Source of the DNA: an uncultured Candidatus Saccharibacteria bacterium
Lineage (GTDB): Bacteria; Patescibacteriota; Minisyncoccia; Phycocordibacterales; UBA9973
Length of the DNA: 64,000 nucleotides
Direction: 5' to 3'
NCBI GenBank assembly: GCA_964426555.1
Contig: CAYRQJ010000003.1
Location: 1,229 to 65,228 of the forward strand
Shown here: one piece after another, positions 29,689 to 37,781 of the stretch
Layout: every line of letters starts with the position of its first letter
Numbering within the stretch: the stretch's first letter is position 1
Position numbers and translations under genes: made by a program
The notes under the pieces: model-generated
Database searches by the model: none
Told to the model about the DNA's origin: nothing
The model's input: only the letters and a program-made list of their open reading frames with translations

Positions 29689-29808
29689 GTATGTAGCTAC
29701 ATTACACTAAAAACTGATAAATTCAAAATTATTATCTTAATAATTAGCTTTACTTGTACTATAGGTATATACTAACTATAGTACTTAATAGCTAACAAAT
29801 AAATATTT

Positions 29809-30180
29809 ATGTCAAAAAAAATAGCGCCGAAGAAAAACCAGACTGGTAAAATAGTCGCAGGGGCAATTGGTATTGCCGCAATTAGTGCAGTTGCTTATTT
29901 ACTAATGGGTCCCAATGGTAAAAAGAATCGCAAAGATTTAAAAGCCTGGATGCTAAAAATGAAAGCTGAAGTTGCTGAAAAAATAGAAGGACTAAAAGAT
30001 ATAACAAAAGATAAATACGACAATATAGTTGATGAAGTTTCTAAAAAATATAGCAAGATTAAAAATATAGACCAGTCAGATTTAAACAACGAAATTAATC
30101 ACCTTAAAAAAGAATGGTCAAAAATAACAAATGCTGGGAAAAAGAAAGTTGTAAAAAAATTAACAAAGAAAACCAAATAA
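29809..30180 (+). CDS. YtxH-like (DUF948) small membrane-anchored protein
   Basis: 123 aa. N-terminal TM 'GAIGIAAISAVAYLLMGPNGKKNRKDLK' followed by a Lys/Glu-rich helical tail. Confidence 0.4.
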   Translation: MSKKIAPKKNQTGKIVAGAIGIAAISAVAYLLMGPNGKKNRKDLKAWMLKMKAEVAEKIEGLKDITKDKYDNIVDEVSKKYSKIKNIDQSDLNNEINHLKKEWSKITNAGKKKVVKKLTKKTK

Positions 30181-30184
30181 ATTT

Positions 30185-30322
30185 ATGTTAGAAACAATTG
30201 CAATAATTTTAATATTTCTTTGGGTTTTAGGATTTGTTGGTTTTCATATGGTGGGTGGATTTATTCATATACTGCTAGTTGTAGCTATAATTATGTTTTT
30301 GGTAAGATTTATTCGAGGATAA
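30185..30322 (+). CDS. lmo0937-family tiny membrane protein (45 aa), absent from the ORF track
   Basis: Direct translation: MLETIAIILIFLWVLGFVGFHMVGGFIHILLVVAIIMFLVRFIRG*. Conforms to the lmo0937-family pattern (...WLLGF...H..GG.IH.LLV.A...F...). A hairpin terminator follows. Confidence 0.6.
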   Translation: MLETIAIILIFLWVLGFVGFHMVGGFIHILLVVAIIMFLVRFIRG

Positions 30323-30395
30323 ACTGTATGCCATATAAATATATAAAATCCCGGAATACGGGGTTTTATATATTTATGCTAGAATACATTTATGG

Positions 30396-30592
30396 ATCCC
30401 GTTAGAGATGATGTTGTTAAACAATTATACGAAAATTATAAATACAGAATTATAGTAAAAATAATAAGCGTTATTTAATTAAAGACGGAAACGCCTAATA
30501 TATCATGGAACAAAGTTATATAAAATTATTAATTAATAAAATAGGAGTACCTGATTTACAAGGATTAGGCGATTCCTATCTCTAACGGGATG
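30396..30592. repeat. diverged copy (D) of the GTCCCGTTAGA-ended palindromic cassette; outer end abuts the ATG of the 87-aa gene
   Basis: Left arm ggATCCCGTTAGAGATg (30395-30410). Right arm ATCTCTAACGGGATG (30577-30592), whose ATG is the start of ORF 30590..30853. AT-rich core between the arms. Confidence 0.5.
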
Positions 30593-30853
30593 GAAACACT
30601 AATACACGCTGATATATTTTTCTTTATTGCATCTATTGCAACTATTATTTTTGTAATCTTAATTTCAATTGCATTGTTTTATTTAATAGGAATATTGAAA
30701 AATGTTAAAAATGCTACAAATTTACTACATGGTAAAATTGAAACCGCTAGCGACAATTTAGAAGCAATGCGCCGAAAAATATCTGAAAGCTTAATTTTTA
30801 ATCTTATCTTCGCCCCAAAGCCCAAAAAAGCTAAACATACTAAGAAAGACTAG
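30590..30853 (+). CDS. hypothetical small membrane protein
   Basis: 87 aa with one TM ('FFFIASIATIIFVILISIALFYLIGIL'). Start codon is fused to the cassette arm. Confidence 0.4.
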   Translation: METLIHADIFFFIASIATIIFVILISIALFYLIGILKNVKNATNLLHGKIETASDNLEAMRRKISESLIFNLIFAPKPKKAKHTKKD

Positions 30854-31854
30854 TTTATTTCTATATCCACATATTCAATTTGTGGAAATTTTTGAATAAT
30901 AGTTTTTTCTATTTCGTCGATTCTGCTACCTACTAGTCTTGGAATACGGTCGGTGGTTTTAAACATTAATTTTGTAAATTCTCTAAAATCATCTTTTATA
31001 AAATCAAATTCTTCTTGCAAATCCCCCGCTTCATAAATTTCTGCATATAGTGGAGAACCATTCCATTCTACTGTTGCAAAAATACGGTATTTACCAATGT
31101 CTACTGCTACAGATTTAAATTCTATAATTTTTTCAATACATGGGTCTACTAAAAGTTCTTTAATTATATCACCACGAACATCTTCGTTTAACGATTTACC
31201 TATAATATATTGATAATTTTTTGCTATTAGTATTACTGCCAAAAATCCCAAAATTAATCCAACTATTATTCCCCCAATTGCATCGTATTCATAATGTCCA
31301 GTATATGCTGCTAATACTTGAGCAATAATAGCAATAATAACACCCAATACTGCAGCGCTGTCTTCATACACTACTGCCAGTGTAACTGGGTCAGCATCGG
31401 CAAAAATTTTTTTAGATAATTTTCTACCATGCTTTAATTCTTTTACCGCTAGATAAAGTGTGATACTTTCTACAATTAAAGCTATAACTAAAACTGTAAT
31501 TCCAAGTGTATTAATATCAGTGTTAGCATGTGCTCCGTGATCCATTAATGAATCTATAGAATGATACACCGTTACCCCTGCACCAATAAACAAAATTCCG
31601 CAAGCTGAAATTAAAGACCAAAAAAATCTTTCAATTCCATAACCATAACCGCGAATATGGTCGGCGGGTCTTTTTGACCGGTTAAGCCCAATTAATAGCA
31701 ATGACTGGTTTAATGTGTCAGCAAAACTGTGTACACTTTCTGCAAACATACTGGCAGACCCAGTAAATGCCGAAGCAATGACTTTTAATACTGTAACTAT
31801 AGTGTTACCTGTTAATGCTGCAATAACCGATGTTTTTCCGTGTGAGTGAGCCAT
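30850..31854 (-). CDS. cation diffusion facilitator (CDF) family metal efflux transporter
   Basis: Starts 'MAHSHGKTSVIAALTGNTIVTVLKVIASAFTGSASMFAESVHSFADTLNQ', the CDF signature, with 6 TM and a C-terminal cytoplasmic domain. The 42-codon N-terminal extension in the ORF track is disfavoured. Confidence 0.75.
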   Translation of the reverse strand: MAHSHGKTSVIAALTGNTIVTVLKVIASAFTGSASMFAESVHSFADTLNQSLLLIGLNRSKRPADHIRGYGYGIERFFWSLISACGILFIGAGVTVYHSIDSLMDHGAHANTDINTLGITVLVIALIVESITLYLAVKELKHGRKLSKKIFADADPVTLAVVYEDSAAVLGVIIAIIAQVLAAYTGHYEYDAIGGIIVGLILGFLAVILIAKNYQYIIGKSLNEDVRGDIIKELLVDPCIEKIIEFKSVAVDIGKYRIFATVEWNGSPLYAEIYEAGDLQEEFDFIKDDFREFTKLMFKTTDRIPRLVGSRIDEIEKTIIQKFPQIEYVDIEIN

Positions 31855-31935
31855 AAATATTTTAATATTATAGCATAAGTTTTTATTTGACAATATATAA
31901 ATATAATGATTTAATAATAAAAAATTAAAAATCTT

Positions 31936-32556
31936 ATGAGCGAGAAAATTAAACAAATCAGCACAATGCATCTTTTGCATTTAATCGAAAGAACAATTGA
32001 AGAAGAAAACAATGTACTTGGAGAAAAGGTGGGTATTTTTACAAAGACAATAATGGAATTAACGACAAAGGTAATAATGACAATAGTAGTTCTCCATATT
32101 TGTAACCCAATATGGTCAAGAGGCTTAATTGAATTTTTCGTTTTATTTCTTGGATTGTTTTATGGTTTTTTAAAAGTAAATAAAAAAATTATAAACCAAT
32201 TAGACAATGTTGTAGGTAAACCATTAATGGAATACGCCGCGAAAATGGATGTATACATGAAATATACCGAATTAGACTACCTTGATGAACCTGTACATTA
32301 CGAATTAATCAATAAAGTTAAAGAACTAAAAAGACCAAGTGATGGCTTTAGAATAAATAATCCTAATAAAATAATTTATGGGAATAAATTCAAATGGTTA
32401 GTTTATTTTTTAATTATAGTAATTGGATTTTTATTCTTTTACTACAGCTCGGAAAAATTTGATTTATTTAAAATACTATTCCCTGCTATGTTTGTTTTTT
32501 ACGGAATTGGCTTATGGAATTCAATAATGGAATACCAATATACAAGAATTTTCTAA
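31936..32556 (+). CDS. hypothetical membrane protein
   Basis: 206 aa with several hydrophobic helices; a terminator follows. Confidence 0.35.
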   Translation: MSEKIKQISTMHLLHLIERTIEEENNVLGEKVGIFTKTIMELTTKVIMTIVVLHICNPIWSRGLIEFFVLFLGLFYGFLKVNKKIINQLDNVVGKPLMEYAAKMDVYMKYTELDYLDEPVHYELINKVKELKRPSDGFRINNPNKIIYGNKFKWLVYFLIIVIGFLFFYYSSEKFDLFKILFPAMFVFYGIGLWNSIMEYQYTRIF

Positions 32557-32584
32557 GTCTTACATGTGTAAGACATATAATACA

Positions 32585-32621
32585 AAAAGAACCCTGATAG
32601 AGTTGAGGGTTCTTTTTTTTT
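32585..32621 (+). terminator. intrinsic terminator (gaaccct...agggttc + T9)
   Basis: 7-bp stem followed by a T-run. Confidence 0.6.
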
Positions 32622-32646
32622 GCGACAAGTACCTATTTACAAATTT

Positions 32647-32901
32647 TTATGAAAGATGAGCAGAGACAAGCTTTGTCATTCTAAACATATCTACAACTTT
32701 TTCACCACCGAAAACTTTTAAAAGTTTTTCGTCAGCTACAATGTTTCTTTTGTTTGCTGGGTCTTGTAAATCATGCTTTTTTATATACACCCAGATGTTT
32801 TTTACAACTTCTGAACGTGGCATTGGACCAGCACCGACTACAGCAGCCAGGTCGGCACTAATAGTCATGGGCTTCATAAGAGCTGAATTTGGATTTGCCA
32901 T
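32647..32901 (-). CDS. SWIB/MDM2-domain protein
   Basis: 84 aa. 'VVKNIWVYIKKHDLQDPANKRNIVADEKLLKVFGGEKVVDMFRMTKLVSAHL' matches the SWIB domain consensus (..W.YIK...LQD..NK..I..D..L..VFG.......F.M.K....HL). Confidence 0.65.
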   Translation of the reverse strand: MANPNSALMKPMTISADLAAVVGAGPMPRSEVVKNIWVYIKKHDLQDPANKRNIVADEKLLKVFGGEKVVDMFRMTKLVSAHLS

Positions 32902-32981
32902 ACATTTATATTAATTAATAATGATATCCATATTATAGCACAATATATAAGAAAAGATAGCAAATAATAAGATTTACTGTG

Positions 32982-33557
32982 TTATCTAGTATGATCAACT
33001 ACCCCATTACTAATTATTCCAATAGCACGCGAATACGGGATTTTGTATACTAAAACTAATTCATCATACTCAGCTTTTGTAATATTTGTTTCTTCTAACA
33101 TAATTTTTAGAAGATTTGTTATAGGCTTTAAATCATTAATGGCAGTGAATCTTATTTTAAAAGTTTCTTTATCTTCTTCGTTCAGCTTATTAAAGGCTAT
33201 TTCACGATCAGCTTCAGGTATTTCTTTATTTGTAAAATTTGCAAATATCCATGTTAATTCCGCAGAAAGATTTGTTATGGTATTTAACTTTTCTATAGAA
33301 TGTTTATTTTTAAAATCTTCAATCAAATTAAGGAATTGGATTTTTTCTTGTTCATACCCACGTTTTGAATCTAATGGTATTTCTAATGCATCCATTTCTT
33401 CTCCTGTCTCACTGATTCTGTGTTTAATAACATCAGCTTGATCTTCAGGGCTTAAATCGCTAAACTTTTTATACAAAGACTTGGTTGTTTCAAGATCGAT
33501 CTTTTTATCAAGGCTTGAAATTTTGGGTTCTAATTTAGGGTTAAATTTTGGTGGCAT
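32982..33557 (-). CDS. hypothetical protein
   Basis: 191 aa, acidic; no motifs recognised. Confidence 0.35.
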   Translation of the reverse strand: MPPKFNPKLEPKISSLDKKIDLETTKSLYKKFSDLSPEDQADVIKHRISETGEEMDALEIPLDSKRGYEQEKIQFLNLIEDFKNKHSIEKLNTITNLSAELTWIFANFTNKEIPEADREIAFNKLNEEDKETFKIRFTAINDLKPITNLLKIMLEETNITKAEYDELVLVYKIPYSRAIGIISNGVVDHTR

Positions 33558-33617
33558 ATGCAGTTAGAATACCATAAAATCTATACAAAAAGCTAAAAAT
33601 ATGTATAATAGAATAAT

Positions 33618-33688
33618 TACCAGATCGTCTAAAGGTAGGACAGAAGCCTTTGAAGCTTTTAATCTAGGTTCGATTCCTAGTCTGGTAG
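33618..33688 (+). tRNA. tRNA-Gln (anticodon TTG)
   Basis: Acceptor taccaga/tctggta, D-arm gtct..ggac, anticodon stem gaagc/gcttt with loop cTTTGaa, T-arm ctagg-ttcgatt-cctag. Confidence 0.75.
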
Positions 33689-33935
33689 CAACAAATTTTT
33701 AATGAGCGCAGCAATTATAAAAATTGTTGCTACCAGAAGTACATTTATAATGTACGTCTAGGATATCGAAAAGCTTTTCGATGTGTATGAGAAATGTATA
33801 TTTTGAATACACCGAAAAGGTATACAGTTCATGTAATGAAAGATTCCTAGTCTATAGCGTTTCGACCGTTAAGGAGAGGCGATTCCTGGTTTGATACCTT
33901 TAATTCATAATTAACTTTATGATACAATAACTTTT

Positions 33936-34706
33936 ATGAATGAATTAAATTCGATAGAAGAAATCAAACAAAAATTTAGTAAGAATAAAACTGTTCCATT
34001 TCATTTAGAAGAAGTATTTTATAATGTTATAAAACATTACCCTGAACTTGAAAATACTTTTATTATAGTTCATGAAACTAAATTTTACGGGATACCCAAT
34101 ACTTTACGTGCATACCCACCACTACTTTCTTTTTTTAATAAAAATAGAGATCGTATTTATACAATAGTTGTAAATTTAAATGAAAAAATCCCAATTCCTT
34201 TTTATTCACTTACAATAGAAAATCAACAAGGAATGCTAGCTCATGAATTAGCACATGTTTTAGATTATAAAAGAAGAAATTCTTTTGGTTGCGTATGGAT
34301 GGGGTTACATTTCTTAGTTTCAAAAAAATTTGCTCGGGAAATGGAACGCAATACTGACAGAATAGTCGTAGCAAGAGGATGTGGAGACTTATTATTATCA
34401 TACAGACAACATTTACTTACTAAATCTGAAATTTTACATGCCGCTTATATAAACAATATATATCTAAGTCCAGAAGAAATATTAGAAGAAATGAAAAAAT
34501 ATTCTAATTTATATAATAATGCAATTTTAAATACTAAATTAGTTGATAACATTCTTAAATTTAAAGCTCATAGAAGAAGCTTATTAAATAGAATTAAGCA
34601 TATCTTTATAGTTGTTGTTGGATTTTTACCAGCAATAGTTGAAATGATTCATCTACTTCATATTGCAAAAATTCACCGAAAACCAGACTGGTATTCAAAA
34701 AAATAG
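33936..34706 (+). CDS. HExxH-motif protein (putative zinc metallopeptidase) with C-terminal TM
   Basis: 256 aa. 'GMLAHELAHVLDYKRR' carries HELAH. C-terminal hydrophobic helix 'IFIVVVGFLPAIVEMIHLL'. Confidence 0.4.
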   Translation: MNELNSIEEIKQKFSKNKTVPFHLEEVFYNVIKHYPELENTFIIVHETKFYGIPNTLRAYPPLLSFFNKNRDRIYTIVVNLNEKIPIPFYSLTIENQQGMLAHELAHVLDYKRRNSFGCVWMGLHFLVSKKFAREMERNTDRIVVARGCGDLLLSYRQHLLTKSEILHAAYINNIYLSPEEILEEMKKYSNLYNNAILNTKLVDNILKFKAHRRSLLNRIKHIFIVVVGFLPAIVEMIHLLHIAKIHRKPDWYSKK

Positions 34707-34710
34707 TTAT

Positions 34711-34745
34711 AAAAAAGCACCATCTACGTGGTGCTTTTTCTTTAT
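34711..34745. terminator. bidirectional intrinsic terminator (agcaccatctacgtggtgct)
   Basis: 8-bp stem with flanking A-run and T-run, between the convergent HExxH gene and dnaX. Confidence 0.55.
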
Positions 34746-35782
34746 CCTATTATATCCAACACTGCCAGTTCTAACGGCAGGGATTTTACAGGACTTCTTT
34801 TTACCATTTGAGCAGCTTCTAAGAATTTAATAATTGTTTGCGAATTTAATTTATTGTTTGGGTCTTGTGCAATCTCATTGAAGAAATTTGCTTCGTCTTT
34901 CCCAAAATTATTTACTACTTCATCCATTGTTATCATTTTATGTTTTAACATATGCACACTGCGCATATGTGATAACAATAAATTTATCAGCATTTCATGG
35001 TTAATATTTGTAAAATTTTTTGCAGATATTGCTTTCTCTGCACTAGCTCTGTCACCCAGTGCAATCGCTTTAATTAGATTTTCTAAAATACTTTTGTTTG
35101 GTACACCAAAAATATTTGATACGGCGTCGCCGTCTATCTCAATTCCTTGGCCGTGGACCATGGCTTCTTCCAGCCTTCCACAAGCGTCACGGTATGACCT
35201 GTCGGCAAGTTTAGCTAACAGCGCCAATGCTTCTTTAGTAATTTTGATTTTTTCCTTCTTAGCAATATTGGCAATGTATTCTACCAACACATCTTCAGTA
35301 GGTCTTACAAAATTAACCATTTGTGTACGACTGCGTACAGTATCCGGAACCTTGTCCAAGTCAGTTGTAGCCAACACGAAGATTACATGCTCTGGTGGCT
35401 CTTCCAATGTCTTTAAAAGCGCATTAAATGCTTCTTTGGTTAGCATGTGAACCTCGTCTATAATGTAGACTTTGTATTTAGACTCTAGTGGTGCTGCACG
35501 AACATGGTCGCGTAGTTCACGAATGTCATCAATTCCACGGCGACTAGCTGCATCTATTTCATAAATGTCCCCTGGTTTACTACCCAGACTTTTTGCTAAG
35601 ATTCTAGCTAATGTAGTTTTACCCAAACCTCGTCCACCGGTAAACAAATATGCATGTGCAGGCTTGCCCGAATTTACAGCATTTTGAATCAGGCTAACCG
35701 CCATTGGCTGACCAATAACATCTGTAAATTCTTCCGGTCGGTATTTACGGTACAGTACTGTGTGTGATACTTCTTTTGCCAT
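34742..35782 (-). CDS. dnaX: DNA polymerase III subunit gamma/tau, short form (clamp-loader AAA+)
   Basis: 346 aa. 'YRPEEFTDVIGQ', 'AYLFTGGRGLGKTTLARILAK' Walker A, 'YIIDEVHML' Walker B, 'SRTQ' sensor. Lacks the tau C-terminal domains. Confidence 0.75.
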   Translation of the reverse strand: MAKEVSHTVLYRKYRPEEFTDVIGQPMAVSLIQNAVNSGKPAHAYLFTGGRGLGKTTLARILAKSLGSKPGDIYEIDAASRRGIDDIRELRDHVRAAPLESKYKVYIIDEVHMLTKEAFNALLKTLEEPPEHVIFVLATTDLDKVPDTVRSRTQMVNFVRPTEDVLVEYIANIAKKEKIKITKEALALLAKLADRSYRDACGRLEEAMVHGQGIEIDGDAVSNIFGVPNKSILENLIKAIALGDRASAEKAISAKNFTNINHEMLINLLLSHMRSVHMLKHKMITMDEVVNNFGKDEANFFNEIAQDPNNKLNSQTIIKFLEAAQMVKRSPVKSLPLELAVLDIIG

Positions 35783-35798
35783 ATATACAAATATAACA

Positions 35799-36932
35799 CT
35801 ATTTATTTAAAAATTCATTTATCACTGTTTCAAGCTGGGATACATTATTTGTAGCCATTAGTTTTTCACGTAAGACTTTTGCACCAACAAATCCATGACA
35901 ATATGCTTTGAAATGTTTTTTCATTACACTGTAGCTTTTTACATCACCCAGTTTTTCGTTATAAAGTTGTGCATGTTCCAGTAGCACACGCATCTTTTCG
36001 CTCTGTGACACGGCCGACGCTGTATAGCGCGCGTCCCCTAATATTTTCTTTATCCATTTGTTAGGTAATATTTGATAAACAAATTTTGGTAGTCTTACTG
36101 GTCTTTTTGTAACTATTCTATCCCAGTCAAATATCCAAGGATTACCAAACACTGCTCGGCCTATCATTACCCCATCAACACTATACTTATCGTACAAATC
36201 TTTTGCATGGTTCAAATCCATTACATCACCATTACCAATTATAATTGTGTTGGGTGAAATTTTATTACGCAATTTTATAACATCCCGAATTAGTTCCCAA
36301 TTTGCCGGAACTGAAGACATTTCTTTACGTGTTCTCACATGTACAGTTAATGCATCAATATTACAACTCAGCAGTATCGGAATCCATTCATTAATTTGAA
36401 TAGTATTGTAGCCAACTCGTGTTTTTACACTAACAGGAATAGTTTGTTTATTGTATTCCATTGCCCCGTCAACTATCCCGCGCTGAACAGCTTCTATTAC
36501 TTGCTTTGCAATATCCGGAGTCTTTATCATACTTGCGCCGGCGCCTTGTTTCTCTATTGCTTTGTCTGGACAACCCATATTTATATCTACACCATCAAAA
36601 CCCAGCTCTACTGCAAGCTTTGCAGCTTTGTACATTTTTTCAGGATCGGCAGAAAATATTTGAGCAATTATTGGTCTCTGGTTTTCGGTATATTGTAAAT
36701 CCTTTAGTAAGGCTTCACGCCCAGGAGAATCTAGCCCATTTGCACTAACAAATTCAGTCCAAAAAACATCTGGGCCTCCGTTAGGTAACCCCGATCTTCC
36801 ATACTTAGAAATCATTTCACGAAAAGCAACATCCGTAACATCAGCCATTGGGGCCAGTACTACTATTGGTCTTTTTTCGTTTCTTGATTTAACTAATAAA
36901 TTATTCCAAAAATTATTGTGGTTCTTTTTCAC
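35799..36932 (-). CDS. dus: tRNA-dihydrouridine synthase
   Basis: 377 aa. 'VVLAPMADVTDVAFR' and 'VDINMGCP' (catalytic Cys) in a TIM-barrel Dus family. Confidence 0.8.
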   Translation of the reverse strand: MKKNHNNFWNNLLVKSRNEKRPIVVLAPMADVTDVAFREMISKYGRSGLPNGGPDVFWTEFVSANGLDSPGREALLKDLQYTENQRPIIAQIFSADPEKMYKAAKLAVELGFDGVDINMGCPDKAIEKQGAGASMIKTPDIAKQVIEAVQRGIVDGAMEYNKQTIPVSVKTRVGYNTIQINEWIPILLSCNIDALTVHVRTRKEMSSVPANWELIRDVIKLRNKISPNTIIIGNGDVMDLNHAKDLYDKYSVDGVMIGRAVFGNPWIFDWDRIVTKRPVRLPKFVYQILPNKWIKKILGDARYTASAVSQSEKMRVLLEHAQLYNEKLGDVKSYSVMKKHFKAYCHGFVGAKVLREKLMATNNVSQLETVINEFLNK

Positions 36933-37779
36933 CTTTTTTCTTATACACTACTTGTCCGTTAAAACGCAAATCAATATATTCCAAGTCTGGTAAATTATCA
37001 ATTAATAATTTTTGAACATTTGCGTCTCTCATTGCTGGACCCATTACAGAATCCACATCTAAATCTGTAGCATTTTGTAATACTCTAACTCGTGGTAATT
37101 CTTTAAAACTACTACCAGTATCCAACAACATTTCGTCATAAGTAGACCCATAAACGTAACCAATAGTATTTATTTCATATGAACTAATTTTGTTTTTAAT
37201 TTGTTTTATTCTATTTATTTCAGTTAAAGTTATTATGTTTTGTCCAACATAAGGCACATCACTAGTGATTTTATAAAATGTAAAATAAGGCGAATAACTA
37301 AATTCTGGAGCAACAGATGCAATCTTGCCATCAAAATGTAGTAAATAACATTTCTGTATTTCCAAATCTAGCGGAATGACAGTACAATACATACTTTCAA
37401 AAATTGGTTCTGTAATTTCAATATTTAAAGTTTGACCTTTATTTATTTTTATATTTTCAAGTCTTGGAAATTTTTGTGCAATACTATATTGCAATTTTTC
37501 TTTATCTAAAAAGATAATAGAATTTTTTGGTATTAAAAAATATCTATATCCGCTAATAGAACTTTCAACATATGATTTTACATCTTCATTATTTACTAAT
37601 GTAATTCCAGAAACATTTACAGAATTAATTCTAAAATACGGTTTACGAATTGTAATAAAAAAACCTACTAACAATAAAATCATAAACAACAAAAAAACAT
37701 TTCTCTTTCTATGAGAATGTTTTTTTCTTTGCGCAATTAACGCCTCTTGTTTTGTGGAAACTAAAGACGCGTTATACAT
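36913..37779 (-). CDS. FtsQ/DivIB-like cell-division protein (TM + POTRA)
   Basis: 288 aa. N-terminal TM 'VFLLFMILLLVGFFI' followed by a POTRA-like segment 'YFRINSVNVSGITLVNNEDVKSYVE'. Confidence 0.5.
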   Translation of the reverse strand: MYNASLVSTKQEALIAQRKKHSHRKRNVFLLFMILLLVGFFITIRKPYFRINSVNVSGITLVNNEDVKSYVESSISGYRYFLIPKNSIIFLDKEKLQYSIAQKFPRLENIKINKGQTLNIEITEPIFESMYCTVIPLDLEIQKCYLLHFDGKIASVAPEFSYSPYFTFYKITSDVPYVGQNIITLTEINRIKQIKNKISSYEINTIGYVYGSTYDEMLLDTGSSFKELPRVRVLQNATDLDVDSVMGPAMRDANVQKLLIDNLPDLEYIDLRFNGQVVYKKKGEKEPQ

Positions 37780-37781
37780 AA

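Noticed and set aside
29745-29790. Palindromes TACTATAGGTATATACTAACTATAGTA (upstream of the YtxH-like gene) and TAGCTATACTATAGC (39177-39191, upstream of dprA) sharing 'TACTATAG'
   Set aside because: They could be related operator or -10-like elements. With only two short AT-rich instances this cannot be separated from chance in an AT-rich genome.
33700-33935. Possible second tRNA, tmRNA or intron-containing tRNA after tRNA-Gln
   Set aside because: No acceptor-stem pairing or T-loop consensus could be built. Only a 12-nt repeat of the tRNA-Gln 3' end and multiple hairpins are present. It is treated as a structured spacer or possible att scar instead.
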